A stretch of 63,998 bases of DNA, filler included, from Diploschistes diacapsis (Eukaryota): assembly GCA_023645945.1 (NCBI GenBank). It is 9 parts of 9 records of this genome, joined end to end, with 100 filler letters (N's around TTAATTAATTAA, not from the genome) between each part and the next. Parts side by side here need not be neighbours in the genome. Positions count along the whole stretch, not along the records: positions 4,690 to 31,679 come from JALAIB010000168.1; 8 more parts are not named here. The stretch is one strand, 5' to 3'. Positions within the stretch are counted from its first letter, which is position 1. Each line of letters opens with the position of its first letter. Under the pieces are notes generated by a model. The model searched no databases. It saw only the letters and a program-made list of their open reading frames with translations, and had not been told where the DNA came from. Shown here piece after piece: positions 11,685 to 24,024 of this stretch. The position numbers and the translations under genes were made by a program.

Positions 11685-12923
11685 ATGTCGAAGCCATTCA
11701 AAGTCCTCATCTCTGGTAGCGGCGTCACTGGCCCTGTTGCTGCTTACTGGCTAGCACGAGCCAGCACGGCATCAAACCCCATTCACGTAACAGTCATCGA
11801 AAGAGCCTCAGCAACCATCACATCCGGCCAAGGCATTGACGTCGAAGGCGCAGCGAAAGAGATTGCCAGACGTATGGGCCTGCTCGAAACCATCAAATCC
11901 CGAGTCACAAGTGAACAAGGTTTCTGCGGCATCGACAAGAAAAATCGACCGTATGCCATTTTCGAAGCCAAAAATAGTGCGGTAACTCGGGAGATTGAGA
12001 TCATGAGAGGCGAGCTCTGCATGATAACTAGGAATGCGGGCAAGGAAATGGCAAATGTTGACTTTCAGTACAATCGCTTCATCACAAATATTGAGCAAAA
12101 TGACAAAGTTCGCGTCACCATATCCAAGGATGATCAAACTTACGACGAAGAATACGATGCACTCATTGGGGCCGATGGAATTCGATCCCGGACTCGCAAC
12201 CTCATGCTGGATCCCGCCGACACCAAGGACTGCGTCAAGCCAATGGATTTTTTCGCTGCGTTCTTCTCGGTCCCTGCTCAGCCTCAAGACAAGCCCTTTG
12301 CTCGTCTCCAGCACAGTCTCGGTGGTCGCGCTGTTGCCATCCGCCCCGTTACGGAAAAGGTTTCAAGCATATACTTAGTTGCCATAGGTGACTATCCGGC
12401 TCTCGCGGCCTCGCTAAAAAACCGTGACCACAAAACAAAGCGACAAGCTTGGGCTGAGACGTTCTCCGACGTCCAGTACGGAGAGTTCCCAAGAATGTTG
12501 AAAGAGATGCAGGAAACTGACAACTTCTACTCCGATCAAGTAGCCCAAGTCAAGCTCCCAACATGGTCCAAAGGCCGCTGCGCCCTAGTAGGTGATGCAG
12601 CATATTGCCCGTCGGTGGCAACAGGAGAAGGCACCCAGCTCGCTTTTCTGGGTGCGTATGTTCTGGCGGGCGAGCTGGCGACTAACCTGTCGGATCCAGC
12701 TGCTGCCTTCAAAGAGTATGAAAAGAAACTCCGAGGATTCGTTGAGCAATGCCAGCAAATACCTTTCGGCGGAAAGGGTCCGTCTTTGGTGTGCCCACAA
12801 ACATCTTGGGGAATCTGGGCACTGCAAACGGCGCTGTGGTTGTTTTCGCGCGTAAAGATCTGGAACCTAGTGCCTAATCTGGGCCAGAACAAGTTTCCTT
12901 TGCCTGACTACAAGTTTGACTGA
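11685..12923 (+). CDS. FAD-dependent monooxygenase/oxidoreductase (FAD_binding_3 type), intronless
   Basis: VLISGSGVTG (GxGxxG), LIGADGIRSRTR (DG motif), ALVGDAAYC (GD motif). Confidence 0.9.
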   Translation: MSKPFKVLISGSGVTGPVAAYWLARASTASNPIHVTVIERASATITSGQGIDVEGAAKEIARRMGLLETIKSRVTSEQGFCGIDKKNRPYAIFEAKNSAVTREIEIMRGELCMITRNAGKEMANVDFQYNRFITNIEQNDKVRVTISKDDQTYDEEYDALIGADGIRSRTRNLMLDPADTKDCVKPMDFFAAFFSVPAQPQDKPFARLQHSLGGRAVAIRPVTEKVSSIYLVAIGDYPALAASLKNRDHKTKRQAWAETFSDVQYGEFPRMLKEMQETDNFYSDQVAQVKLPTWSKGRCALVGDAAYCPSVATGEGTQLAFLGAYVLAGELATNLSDPAAAFKEYEKKLRGFVEQCQQIPFGGKGPSLVCPQTSWGIWALQTALWLFSRVKIWNLVPNLGQNKFPLPDYKFD

Positions 12924-14025
12924 TTCGAGTTGCTGATGACTTGGACGCGAGGCTATTGAGGTTGTCGGGAAGCGTTGGCGTAGAGATTCGTGGGAACAGA
13001 TCTATGCGGGGTTGGGAGCTACCTTGAAGAGGCATCATCATCACTACGATGCAGTGGCACCCCAGAATCCCGAAGATGGCGGCCTCCTTTCCTCAACTCC
13101 TAAAGAAGCCATCGTCATCAATTACTGGTGGTACTTCGTTCTAACTCGCGGGAGATCAATGCCACGAAACGCGCAAAGAAAAACCCATTCGCTGGGTACA
13201 TCTTCGGATGACTCAGGCTCACAACCCTTCGATTATTGTTTCTTCGACTTTGTAGAATACTTTAAGTCCGGGAATCCAAACCGAGAGGTATTTGTTGTCC
13301 GGCTTCGGGACAACCACGCTTGCAACCTTCTTCAGGATGTATCAAGATGAGGTCGGGGGTGCTGTAATAGAATAGTCGCAAGGTTCTTGTTGATTAAATT
13401 CAGACCCACTTTCCTTTGAGATGTTCTTGCTTTCTTCGTTGTGCTTCGACGTCCCGGCCGCTAGATTCTTTACTAGAAACTCCTCGTCTTCCGAAAGGTC
13501 CCGTGCGTTCCAGCATTTCTCGGTAGCTGATGCGATTTATGGGTTGAGATCAACATAGAAACCCTCGTGATACGAGTACGTTATTGAATCCGTATCAAAC
13601 TCTTGATTAAACTTACCTAGAGATCGTAAAAGGGTCATTAATTAGTTGTTACATGGCAACACCAGGACAGGAGAGGGTATCTGTAAGTAGAAGATCTCGA
13701 CTAGGGTGGCTGACTAATAAATAAATAAACATTTACTTTCTGTTGTCCTTTGGGCTTAAGCGAACCAATTATAACTAATAATGAAAGCGTGCCACAGCTG
13801 AAGCCCAGCGCACATCGGACATAAAAGATGCCGATTCTCTTCATATTTCTATGGGCGGCTACCCCTAAACCTTGGCGTCTTGAAACCACTTTCAAAAAGG
13901 TTGACCTCACTTATCCTGACTCTCTAAAGTACTCTGCGATCTTTGAGTCAAGCCTAATACGCGTAAATTAAATCTCCTGAACCTGCACATCGTGTTCCTG
14001 TTGTGTCACCGGTTGGGGATTTGAC

Positions 14026-14448
14026 ATGGTATACAATGCATTCCGCAGCTGCTCATAAAGCTCACGCAACTCCAGTCTTCCAACTCCAACTCAGCCTTCG
14101 TCCTAGCTCTCCTCACCGCAGGCGGAGGCATCACGGGGTTCATCAGAACCGGGTCGATTCCCTCGGTAGCGGCAGGATGCACCGTTGGTTGCCTGGTACG
14201 TATCCCGTCGTCTCTCGAAGCAGCGGCCAGGTCTCTGAATGTATCAACAGTATGCTCTTGGCGGATATCGACTCCAGAATCGTCAGACCTATGGCGTCGA
14301 GCTTGCTCTGCTCGCCTCGGTCGTGCTCGCAGGAAGCTCTATCCCTCGTGCAATCAGGACCCAGAAGCCATTGCCCATTGGACTGAGCGCCTTGGCTCTG
14401 TACGGTCTTTACACCTTCGGTTCTACTTGGAACGCTAGGGTTCGTTAG
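14026..14448 (+). CDS. TMEM14-family small membrane protein (3 exons)
   Basis: ATG followed by an intron, then SAFVLALLTAGGGITGFIRTGSIPSVAAG..., a GTACGT intron, then YALGGYRLQNRQTYGVELALLASVVLAGSSIPRAIR. Confidence 0.85.
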
Positions 14449-14709
14449 ATCTTCTAAGCCACGTCATGCTCTTCGAGCACGCTTGTGTAGAATGTGCTCG
14501 GCCGAAATCTATTCTTTACTGCATAATTTGGGGTAAATCTTCACCGGATTGCTATGGTGGTGCTATCAAAATGTCGTGTAAGGACAGCCTGTGCGAAACA
14601 TTACCGGGTATCTCTACTTATAATCTAACAATGCGTATCCCCTAAAGTTCCTCTTAACGCCCGCTAGATGCATGTCTATTAATGCTTCCTAAGAATATCG
14701 CTTCCAACG

Positions 14710-16856
14710 TTAAGAAACGGTGCCTGCTAGTGACTCATTCTGAACCTGCTCTGCAGGAGCCCGAGCAGGATTTTCCTGTGCCGTCAGGCCATTCTCCGGA
14801 GCAACACCCTCTGAACTTTCTTGCTGCTGGCGCTGACGCTCCTCTTCCTCTCGCCGAGCCGTTTCCTCGCGCTCCCTTTGCTGTCTTCTAGCTTCTTCTC
14901 GTGCGGCTACGTGACGCTCGCCCACTCCAGGAACCAGACTTGCCACGAAAAGAGCAACAGAGCGTTCCACGCGGGTAATTGCCGCCCTCAGTGGATTGTT
15001 GTTTTGCTGAGCTTCCCGGCGACGCATAACTCTATCGGCCATGTCTTGGGGCGAAGCGAAGGTGCGGCCTCCTGGGGCTGCTGCGTCGTGTCGCGGCCGA
15101 GCGGCGGGAGGCGCAGGCTCGTCGACTTGGACCAGAGCCTCGACATGTCTTCGTATCGGAGTCCAGACGTATTGCAGCAGCGGCTCAAAGATTCGAGTCT
15201 GAGCTGCAAAGACTATAAACGCGCAGATACCCAACAATATCGTGTTTCGCCAACCCCTATCGAATGAAAACAGATAGACAAAGCCACACAGGCGAACGAG
15301 AAGCCATAAATGCCCTCCTAATGGTAGAAGAATGCGCAGGAGCTCGCCCACCTGGTCTTGCTGCTCAATCTGTGCTCGATCGGCTTGCTGATTTTGCGGT
15401 ACATTTGGGACAGCCGCTCGGCCTGCGCCAGGTTGAGAATCTTCGTTCTGAACTTGTTGACCACTGGGCTGAATGTGGCCGACGCCTGTTTGGGAGGGAG
15501 TCTGTGCGGGCCCGAAAATGGGCGGACTTGTTGCAGATCTATTGTATCCCGCAGTTGCAAACGAACCAGCTGGAGATATTAACAGTGCTTGAGGACCAGA
15601 GGGTGAGGATAGAAGGTAAGCCAGAGTAGTCGGCATTGTTGGATACCGATAAGGAGAAGTGGTCGCACTGTTAGCGTAGCTCCTGAGCTGTTGCAGCCGG
15701 TTTTGGAGTCCCGGATTTGAAAGACCGGCAACCTGTGGTCTCTGATTATTGTGAAATATCGAGGAGATACTATGGGGCATGACGGGAGGAGCGATAGCAG
15801 GCTCGTTTTGCGCAGGATTACCGGAGTGGAAAGTTGTTTGGTTAATGGATATCCGCCATTGACCAACAGGTGTCTGGCTGTTCGGAAGACCGCTTACGCC
15901 AGGTATCGATCTCGAAGCGTTTGAGCCACCATGAGCCTGACTTGAACCAGATCCTGGGTTCTGCCGAGTGTCGTTTTCCAAGCCAGTCTGCTCTTGATTG
16001 GCAGTCTGGCTAGAGCTTTCTTCAGTCCTGTTTCGATTATGGAGTATGTCCGGCGAAGAGACATGAGTCGTATTATTAGCTGAGGGAGGCTGGTTCTGAC
16101 CAGGCATCCAGGGCGCAGGCCATCCTGGCATCGGTAGTGGAAACGGATTTGCAGCAATGGCTTGATTGAACGGAACATTGAAGTAAGGAGGAGCGTTGAA
16201 AACTTGTTGCTGCTGGGGGAAGCCCTGCCATGGATTCGGATTTGGCCCTTGCAGTGGGCCTTGTACAAAAAGATTGGGAGCTTGGATGTGCGGGGTAGCT
16301 GAATTTGTGTTTGTCTGTTGGTTGATTGATGAAGCAAGCAAGCTACCATTTGGCAGTTGGCTGGTACTAGCTGGTCTTGGAGGCCAAGGACTTTGCGAGG
16401 CAGGAAGACTTGGAAGACCCATTGGATTTGGCACATTGACTCTGGGCATCTGGGCCTGGTCTCGAACAGAAGGAGGGGTTCGTGACACGATGCCTGGGGG
16501 ACTCAAGACGAGGTGAAGAGTAAAGCCGTCAGGATTTGCGCTCTACTATTCTGTCAGTGGCTTCATCCGGCCTAAAAAGTGCTACTCCTCACCGCTTCAA
16601 CACCAAAAAGCTTTCCCAATGTCAAATCTTGTTGTACAAGCGCCCTTCCTCTGTAAATCAAGCGTTGTCTCTCGGGCGTCGGTCTTGTGGCAACAGCATC
16701 TTGGATACGTCTCTTCATGTCACTAATCGTAGTCGTGGTCGGAACTTCCGGAAAGGTAAGCCTGTTGGTGACCTCGGTCGAGGGCGAGACTATGTAAACG
16801 AGTAGAGTCTGAGGAGTTGAAGATTCCTGGTCGAGTCGGCCTTCTGTTGTAGCCAT
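14710..16856 (-). CDS. N-terminal ubiquitin-like domain membrane protein (HERP/Usa1-like ERAD factor)
   Basis: UBL motif TTISDMKRRIQ...PERQRLIYRGRAL...FTLHLVL, a long P/Q-rich region, two TM helices (HLWLLVRLCGFVYLF, TILLGICAFIVF), and LFVASLVPGVGERH. Intron near 16550-16590. Confidence 0.8.
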
Positions 16857-18155
16857 CTTGTTGGGTTGAGGACAGTATGTGTAGGGGAGAAGGGCCACAC
16901 ATGTCGACCTCAAGAGAATCCTGACGGGATATTCCGTCAATCCATCTAGTAGGGCTGGGATTAACGGCGCCACTCATAGTTTGGATGAATCATACTATTT
17001 CCACGGACTTATCCAAAGTATTTTAGATTATAACCTCGGCTGTTCATTGTACTTTCCTAGATTACATTCATCCTTAACCTCTCTCATCTGCTATACTGAC
17101 GCATCCTCAGCTACCCAAATGTCAATGTATATTCAACTGACTCCACAGAGCCGAGACAGACCCTGCAGAATGTCCTCAAGTCCCCATCCACAATGACCTC
17201 AATCCGACGCAAGTGCCTGATGAAGATCGGTGATAACACCGTGAAGAGTTTCACTCTTTATAGTTCTGTTGAAGCTCAAGAAACGGTTGCGGATCTTTTG
17301 AATAGAAGCAAATCCAACTCTGTTGCTGTACAAGCTACGCGTGCACAATTAATATATGAAGAACCAAGGTAAAACAATTTCAAGTCTATAAGTTTTATCT
17401 AGCCAAGAGAAGGAAAGGCTTCCAGAAACTCGTCAAATATATCCCAAATGGACAATCGGAGATTGCAGGCCAAATTGATGAGCATGACCGCGACCTCAAA
17501 GCCTGCAAGCAGTTCGATAAAATCTTGCTGGAGCACACACGATCAGCCTTGCTTCGGGTAATCCGCTGATGGACCTGGCACGCAAACTTGCCCGTGATGT
17601 TGGAAATGCCAAACAAGTCAGAGATGTTGAAAGCGGGCATTCAACTACAGCTGCAAAAACAGTTTTTCTTGAGATCACGCCTCAAATGTTGAAACGGAGT
17701 GGGTTGGACAAGCGTTACCATACCCTATTTAAGCGGGACTGGGACAAGGTAAGCCTGGAATTTCTATTATACGATACTAGCTAACACACGAAAGGTAATC
17801 GAAGCTCGGAATGCTGCGGCAGACTGCAAAGGAAGAGTTGGCTGTCTGCATGCTGCATCCCACAAGCGGATGCTGATCTTGGATTCTACGACCCCTATGG
17901 CAATACATCTATGGAGAGACAATCTAAGAGCTAGCGGGGCGTTCTGAAGCAACCAAGGTCAAGATGCCCTTGGACGAGTAACGTTCCTGCTGGTGTTCCT
18001 GATAAGAAACTACTTGCTCTTAATTGAGTACAGAGTTTCATTCACGTGATTCTAGTCCACTTCGTTGTGCTTGCTTAAGGAATGTTAGTCTAAACAGAGT
18101 CCAATTGGTTTTGGTGGGCAAGGTATCTCTATAGCTCTAATGTATTACTCATGGC

Positions 18156-19724
18156 CTACGCTGCTGGCAATGGGCCATTACATTGTGCCTCCAAGCTCGA
18201 GAGGCTCGTATCCTGCGCCGCAACGCCAGCACCAAACTCTCTAGCATCTGCACCTCCCAATTGATATGGCTGCCATCCCGTGCCTTCAAGGCCATTCACA
18301 CCGTCCTTTGCGAAAGCTACCCAAGCGTCTTGCAGAGCGATACTTGTCTGGTTCTCGAGATCCGGCCCGGTTCCGCGGAAGTTGTCGAAAGTGCCAAAGA
18401 GTAAAGGCAGTTCTGCAGAATGGTATGCTCCCATCCACGGTCGTGGAGAAATATTACTAAAGTTTCCTGCGTAGACATAACGAAAGGTTGGCAGCTTATT
18501 CACGTTGCGAAGACGGACAGTCTCTGTTGCAGGACAAAAGAAGATGCTTAAGAGGGCTTTAGCAACGATGGTCTCATTCGGTCCTGCTTGATTGTAAGGA
18601 GCAAACGGTACGCCATCTTGCGCATTGTTTCCGACGATAGCCGGTATCTTTGCAAGCTTCCCTTCCATGGCACGGTTGGTGTAATTTGAGAAGATCGTCT
18701 GGTTGTCTGATATTGGAACAAAGCTAATGCCCGGCGATGTGCCATTGTCCTGATACTGCTGGACGAAGGCTTCGATGGCAGATGCGGGAACCTTGCGCAT
18801 GCAGCTTAGTTGTGCCTGTGGCTCTGTCGACAGCCCGGGACACCCAACTTTTGAGGCTACGAACGAGAAGTTGCTGTGGCCAAGGTCCGAGCTTAAGCTG
18901 GTAAGAAAAGCTGTGCCCGAGTCCATGATCAAGCCGTTGACTATTGGGTCTGAATAATATGCATAATTATAGAAGTCGACTGACCCTGCACCTGCTGACT
19001 GACCCCAGAGTGTCATTCGTGATGGATCGCCTCCAAAATGCTGAATGTTCTGCAGTAACCATTCAACAGCCATTCGCTGATCCAGTGTGCCAAGGTTCTG
19101 CTCTTTTAAGCCAGCCGCATTAGGAAAGCCGAAGATGTTGAGCCGATAATTGAAAGAGACAACGATATGGTCCTGAGTTCTCTGCACCCAATGCGGAGGC
19201 AACTGATAAGGAACGTTCTCCCCTCCAGTGGAGAAGCCTCCGCCATACATGAAGATCAAAACCGGTAGAAGACTTCTTCCGCCAGCAGCATCGCGCTTCT
19301 CCTCGTTCGCTGCGGGTGCCCAAAGGCTCAGCGTGAGGCAGTCTTCAGAGGTAGCACCAGTGACATTTAATCCTTGAAGATTGAACTGCAACACATCGTT
19401 TTTGTAGACGGAGTCACCACGGGTAGTAAGATATTGAGGACAGCTAGGAGGTAAACGCGTTGCTCGGACAGTTCTTGATGCTGCTGATTGTGGAAGCTTC
19501 TGCGGCGGTTCCCAACGTAAAGCTTTTACTGGCGGCTGTGCGAATGGTATACCTAAGTATTGCCGTACATCAGGCTGACCAACATTAATGATACCTGTTA
19601 CATTGCCTGAAGATGTCTGTACAGTAGGTGCAGGACAGCAAACGGCGGAGGTACTAACCCCCTGTGGTGCTGCGTGAACGTAGAAGCGCCCCACAAGAAG
19701 GAAATAACTGATATATACCCTCAT
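18156..19724 (-). CDS. Secreted type-B carboxylesterase
   Basis: YLGIPFAQPP, SEDCLTLSLW, YGGGF, FGGDPSRMTLWGQSAG (nucleophile elbow), GAYHSAEL. Likely start MRVYISYFLL. Confidence 0.92.
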   Translation of the reverse strand: MRVYISYFLLVGRFYVHAAPQGVSTSAVCCPAPTVQTSSGNVTGIINVGQPDVRQYLGIPFAQPPVKALRWEPPQKLPQSAASRTVRATRLPPSCPQYLTTRGDSVYKNDVLQFNLQGLNVTGATSEDCLTLSLWAPAANEEKRDAAGGRSLLPVLIFMYGGGFSTGGENVPYQLPPHWVQRTQDHIVVSFNYRLNIFGFPNAAGLKEQNLGTLDQRMAVEWLLQNIQHFGGDPSRMTLWGQSAGAGSVDFYNYAYYSDPIVNGLIMDSGTAFLTSLSSDLGHSNFSFVASKVGCPGLSTEPQAQLSCMRKVPASAIEAFVQQYQDNGTSPGISFVPISDNQTIFSNYTNRAMEGKLAKIPAIVGNNAQDGVPFAPYNQAGPNETIVAKALLSIFFCPATETVRLRNVNKLPTFRYVYAGNFSNISPRPWMGAYHSAELPLLFGTFDNFRGTGPDLENQTSIALQDAWVAFAKDGVNGLEGTGWQPYQLGGADAREFGAGVAAQDTSLSSLEAQCNGPLPAA

Positions 19725-20201
19725 CTTCTTGGAGTTTTGATGAGTTCGACAACCAGAATGCAGGAACATCCATCCTTTTTTATAGTTGATGCCATTTTCC
19801 TTTTGAGAGGATCTCTGAGCCTGATAGGCTTGAGGACAGACTGACCCCGCACAGATTAACGTGAAGTAAAACTTCATCCGGAAGACATCATGTCCATTTC
19901 CTGATTGGTTCTATCGTGTAGCTCCTTTTTCGAGCCGCATAATCCGTTCATCATTTGGACTACCTGGAATGTCCGGAGAGTATTCCCTTCTACGTTGCAA
20001 AAACCAAGCATGCATAAGTAGGTGGCCTGTTGTGGCCAATGCTTCGTGTACGCTATACCATGAAAACCAACTTCGAGACTGAAGCAGTATGGATGGGCAT
20101 GTAGTTTCTAGCTAACTTAAACCACGGAGTAAGTCCATGCAGCTTTCTATACACATATAGCCGACCGGTTTACACAATCCAACCGTGCCTTGCAAAACAT
20201 T

Positions 20202-22687
20202 CTAAGTTAAGAACTCAATCACATTTACCGAGTAAGCTGGTACATCCCAGCTCAGCCTGCTTCCGTTGCTAGCACTTTTCAGGGTCAGCCCCTGAATGGG
20301 AACCGGCACAATTGCAGTCTGGTTGTTGAGATAATTATATCCGTAAAGGTTCGGATTGGTCTAAATTATGGTTAGCTTTTGCAAACCACCATCGGAACAA
20401 ATTCCGTCCAGGGAAGGAGACTTACCATAATCGAGCCGTTGACACTGCTGTAAGCCGCATCCAAGTCCACACTGAGCTGCTGCGTAGCGTTCCCAGAGTT
20501 TATTATCTTCAAATAGACGGAATTGCTGGACCCGTCGATGCTCGCCGCCCAATAGAGCGGGTCAAAGTCGCCGGCCGAATTCGTTATTGGAAGAGTTTCG
20601 GTGCCGTGATAGGTGTTGAAGAATTTCTGCAGTTGGTAGCTGACGCTGAGTATGGTGTCATTCGGATTCGCGGTGAAGGTGACGAGCTAATTGCAATATC
20701 AGCCGAGCCGACTTCGAAATACACATTCGCTCCTTACGTTGGGTGTCCAAACATAGGAGTTGAGATTCGCCAATGATGGCGCGTACGACGTCATCTTAAC
20801 AACATTCGGGTTTCTTTCGGCGGCAAGTAGATACACACCCTCGCCTATAGCGGATATAAGTTCGGGATAGAAGATATGAATATCGGAGGGATCGCTAAAG
20901 TTAAGCACGTCTGGCGCTGTATCAAGCTGGAAGACGGAGTATTCCCCGACAAAGACGGTGACGTTGGTGAGACTGGTGTTTTCTTGGAAGTTATCCCAGT
21001 AGTTCCACTGGCTCAAGAAAAACTGCGGTTCCTCGTAATGGTGAGTATCCCACATACCACCAGGGGGGATTTCGATGGTGTAATTGAAATCGGTTTCCAC
21101 ACCATTAGCTTCCTAATTATATGTCAGCGGTTTTGTATGAAGCAGAAGTCAACTGGCTTACGTTATAGGCTGTAGATATTAGGGTAATATTAGGATACGC
21201 GGCCTTGATGCCATTGTATAGTATTGGGAAACGGTAAGGATAGGTGGAGCTGAACCAATCTTCGTTTCCAAGCTCTACGTAGTTTATCTGGAAGGGCTTC
21301 GGATGTCCATCGGCAGCACGCTGTGCTCCCCACGTAGTGCTTGTGTCGCCCATGCAATACTCGATCTGATCCAAGGCGGTCTGCAGAACTGGGCCCATTC
21401 GGTCCTGGGGGACAGAATTTCCATCGAGAGAATAGCCGGCGTAGATAGCCATCACTGGTTCCATTTCCATATCCTCGGTCCATTCCAGGAATTCGAGCAG
21501 TCCAAATCCATTGGTGTTCCAGTAGCCCCAGTCACCGATTCTGCCATGACGATCAATCAATGGACCAATCGTCTCGTTCCAGATCCATCTGGTTGGATAA
21601 GATTGACCCTCCCGGCAATTAGCTCAGGTGCAAGGAACTGCCACATTAGACAAACCTCGATATTGTTGCCACCTGGAAACCGCAGGAACTTTGGTTTGAG
21701 ACCATATACAGCCTCGCCCAGATCTTTGCGGATGCCATTGGGCCGGTCTTTGAAGGTTTCGGCGAACAAGCTGTTGAACGCAAAGTAAAAAGTCCTACCT
21801 GAAGCTTCTGCAGCATCAAAGGTCACCGTGAAGCTATTGTTGCTGTTGGGAGCTGTTGCTGTGTTGATCAGCTGAGTAGCAAATTGAGTATAGCCAAAGG
21901 TGGTCAGGTTCGATGGAATCGAAACAGATGATGAGACCCATGTCTCGCCAGTAAGATTTGAGACGATGGAAACATTGGCCGAAGTAAGGTTGGGATACAG
22001 CGCAGCGGGCTGCATATAGAAAGAAGCATTGTAGGTCTGTGGGATAACCTGCATGCCCCACCAGCCTGGATAGTGTTAACGTATCTCGAGATAGACATTG
22101 TGAGAAGACGTACCAGTGTTCATAAACCCAACCTGTCCCGTGGCATTGGCGTCGATATCCACTAGCAACTGTGAGGCCCGGAAGCTTCAAGAGGACTTTT
22201 GCTTTCCTTACCTCTCAACGCAGTTGTAATCGCATCAGATAGAGGGTGAAATGGGTCCAAAGACAGAGTTACACCTTCTCCGACAGGAAGATAGCCATCG
22301 AGGGTCGGGGCAAAGGGCTCGATGGGGTTATTCGATCCGGTGACGCCTGATAGCCATGAGAACAGGAATCGAGCCGAATTGGATTGTACTGGCCCTGAAG
22401 AGCTCTGTTCTGAAGCAACTCTCCATAAAGCCCGCCTTCGATGGAATGCTAGTGGCTGTTAGGAATATCCCATTCGGAAAGATGAGATCATCTACACTAA
22501 TGTCCTCGATCATCCACCCATAAAGGATGGGAGAAGTGGCATTGCGGTCCCCACCAGTGGTTGAGATTTCGAGAGCGACGGCGCTGCTGTTACTAGACTG
22601 TTTCGGGTACAAAGGCCGCGCTAATCGCGATGGTATCCTCGAAGTTGCGGCGGCAGCCGCAAGAAGTGCTACGAAGAGATTCAACAT
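20202..22687 (-). CDS. abfA: Alpha-L-arabinofuranosidase A, GH51 (multi-exon, secreted)
   Basis: Signal peptide MLNLFVALLAAAAA; LYGWMIEDI; KFLRFPGGNNIE; WGYWNTNGFGLLEFLEW; YVELGNED; VFVGEYS; AERNPNVVKMTSYAP. Confidence 0.92.
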
Positions 22688-24024
22688 CTTGCGACAATAG
22701 AGCTGCACTAGGAGAGATTCAATCTACTCCTACAGGGGACGAGGCTTACCTTTTATTCGCGGCCTGAGTTCCAGCAGAGGGTTTTATGATCTGCATGCCC
22801 ATCCTCAACGGTCGTCCTGCAAGGTTTTCAGAGTTCTGATGACGGCATGTCATTCGTGCGCACTCGAAGGTTCGCACGAGTTTCTGCACGCCTGGCGTGC
22901 GGAGGCGACAAGGCACACAAGTTCATGGTTGGATAAAATTAGCTTGAGGGCAGTTAACTCAGGTACTTTTGGATATCCTAGTCGGCCAGCTTCCACTTTC
23001 AGAGCGGAAGTGAAGCAGATGGGACCTCAGAGGTTGAGAGAACTAGTGACAGTAGTTTGTGCGGAGAAATTGTGGAGCGAACGATATAGTGGATGCGGGG
23101 CGAGGCGAGCTCTCGGTGTGGAGTGGAAGAAGTGCAACGGCAGTGACGCTGACCTGGAAGGGTTTCTCCTGATAGGGCGAGATTTCCCGTGGGTTGCAGA
23201 CAGGTGACAAAGGAAGCTTGTGGAACATTCGAACAAAATGGAATGCAAGACTCAGAATTCGTGGACAAAGATGTGATGACCGCAGGAGATTTCTAAAAGC
23301 GAAGCAAACCGACCTCCAATGAGACTACTAACCCCCGGAGTCAAAATTTTGCCAGTGCGCAGAGCATGTCGGTAAGCCGGGTCATGAATTAGGTATGTTA
23401 TTATACTGATGATAATAAGATCCGATCCGAATCAGAATGGCTCTTGCAAACCGAAGCGGATAGGATAGGGGGGGGCCGCGAGAAGAAACATCTAAACTTT
23501 CTATCCGTCGCCTCCTTTCTCCTTTTCTGTTACCCCCGGCGCCAGCAGTACGCTAACTACTTAAGGAAATATCAACTATATCCCCTACTATTCTTCAGCT
23601 ATTAGGCATTCTACGTCCTCTGGGGGCCTCGGAGGGCTCCCACGGGCACAGAGATTAACCCTGCAGGCTTTACAGCCAGAAGTAGGCCGAGAGACTCTGG
23701 TCGGGATATTAGGATTAATCTCTCCCAATGGCACCCTCCCCGAGGGCTAATCCAGTATTGAATCATGCATCATATTTTTGAAGGTATGGACCTGTAGGAC
23801 CGCATGCGGATGTGTGCCTGTTTGTAAATATCGAGAGGAAACTGCGCTACTCGCCTGTCGGGCCAAGCTTAAATTAGAATTTAATTCATGTGGTCTTCTC
23901 AGTTGGCGCAGCGCAGCTAAGATGAAAACGGGACCGCTTGGGCATGTATACAGCAAAGCTTCAAGTACAATAACGCGTGCTAGCTTCGTGTTTCCAACTT
24001 GAGCATACGGTTAACCCGCTGCGA

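Noticed and set aside
23390..23760. Possible solo LTR between abfA and PSD1
   Set aside because: Composition is suggestive, but no TSD, termini or second copy could be identified.
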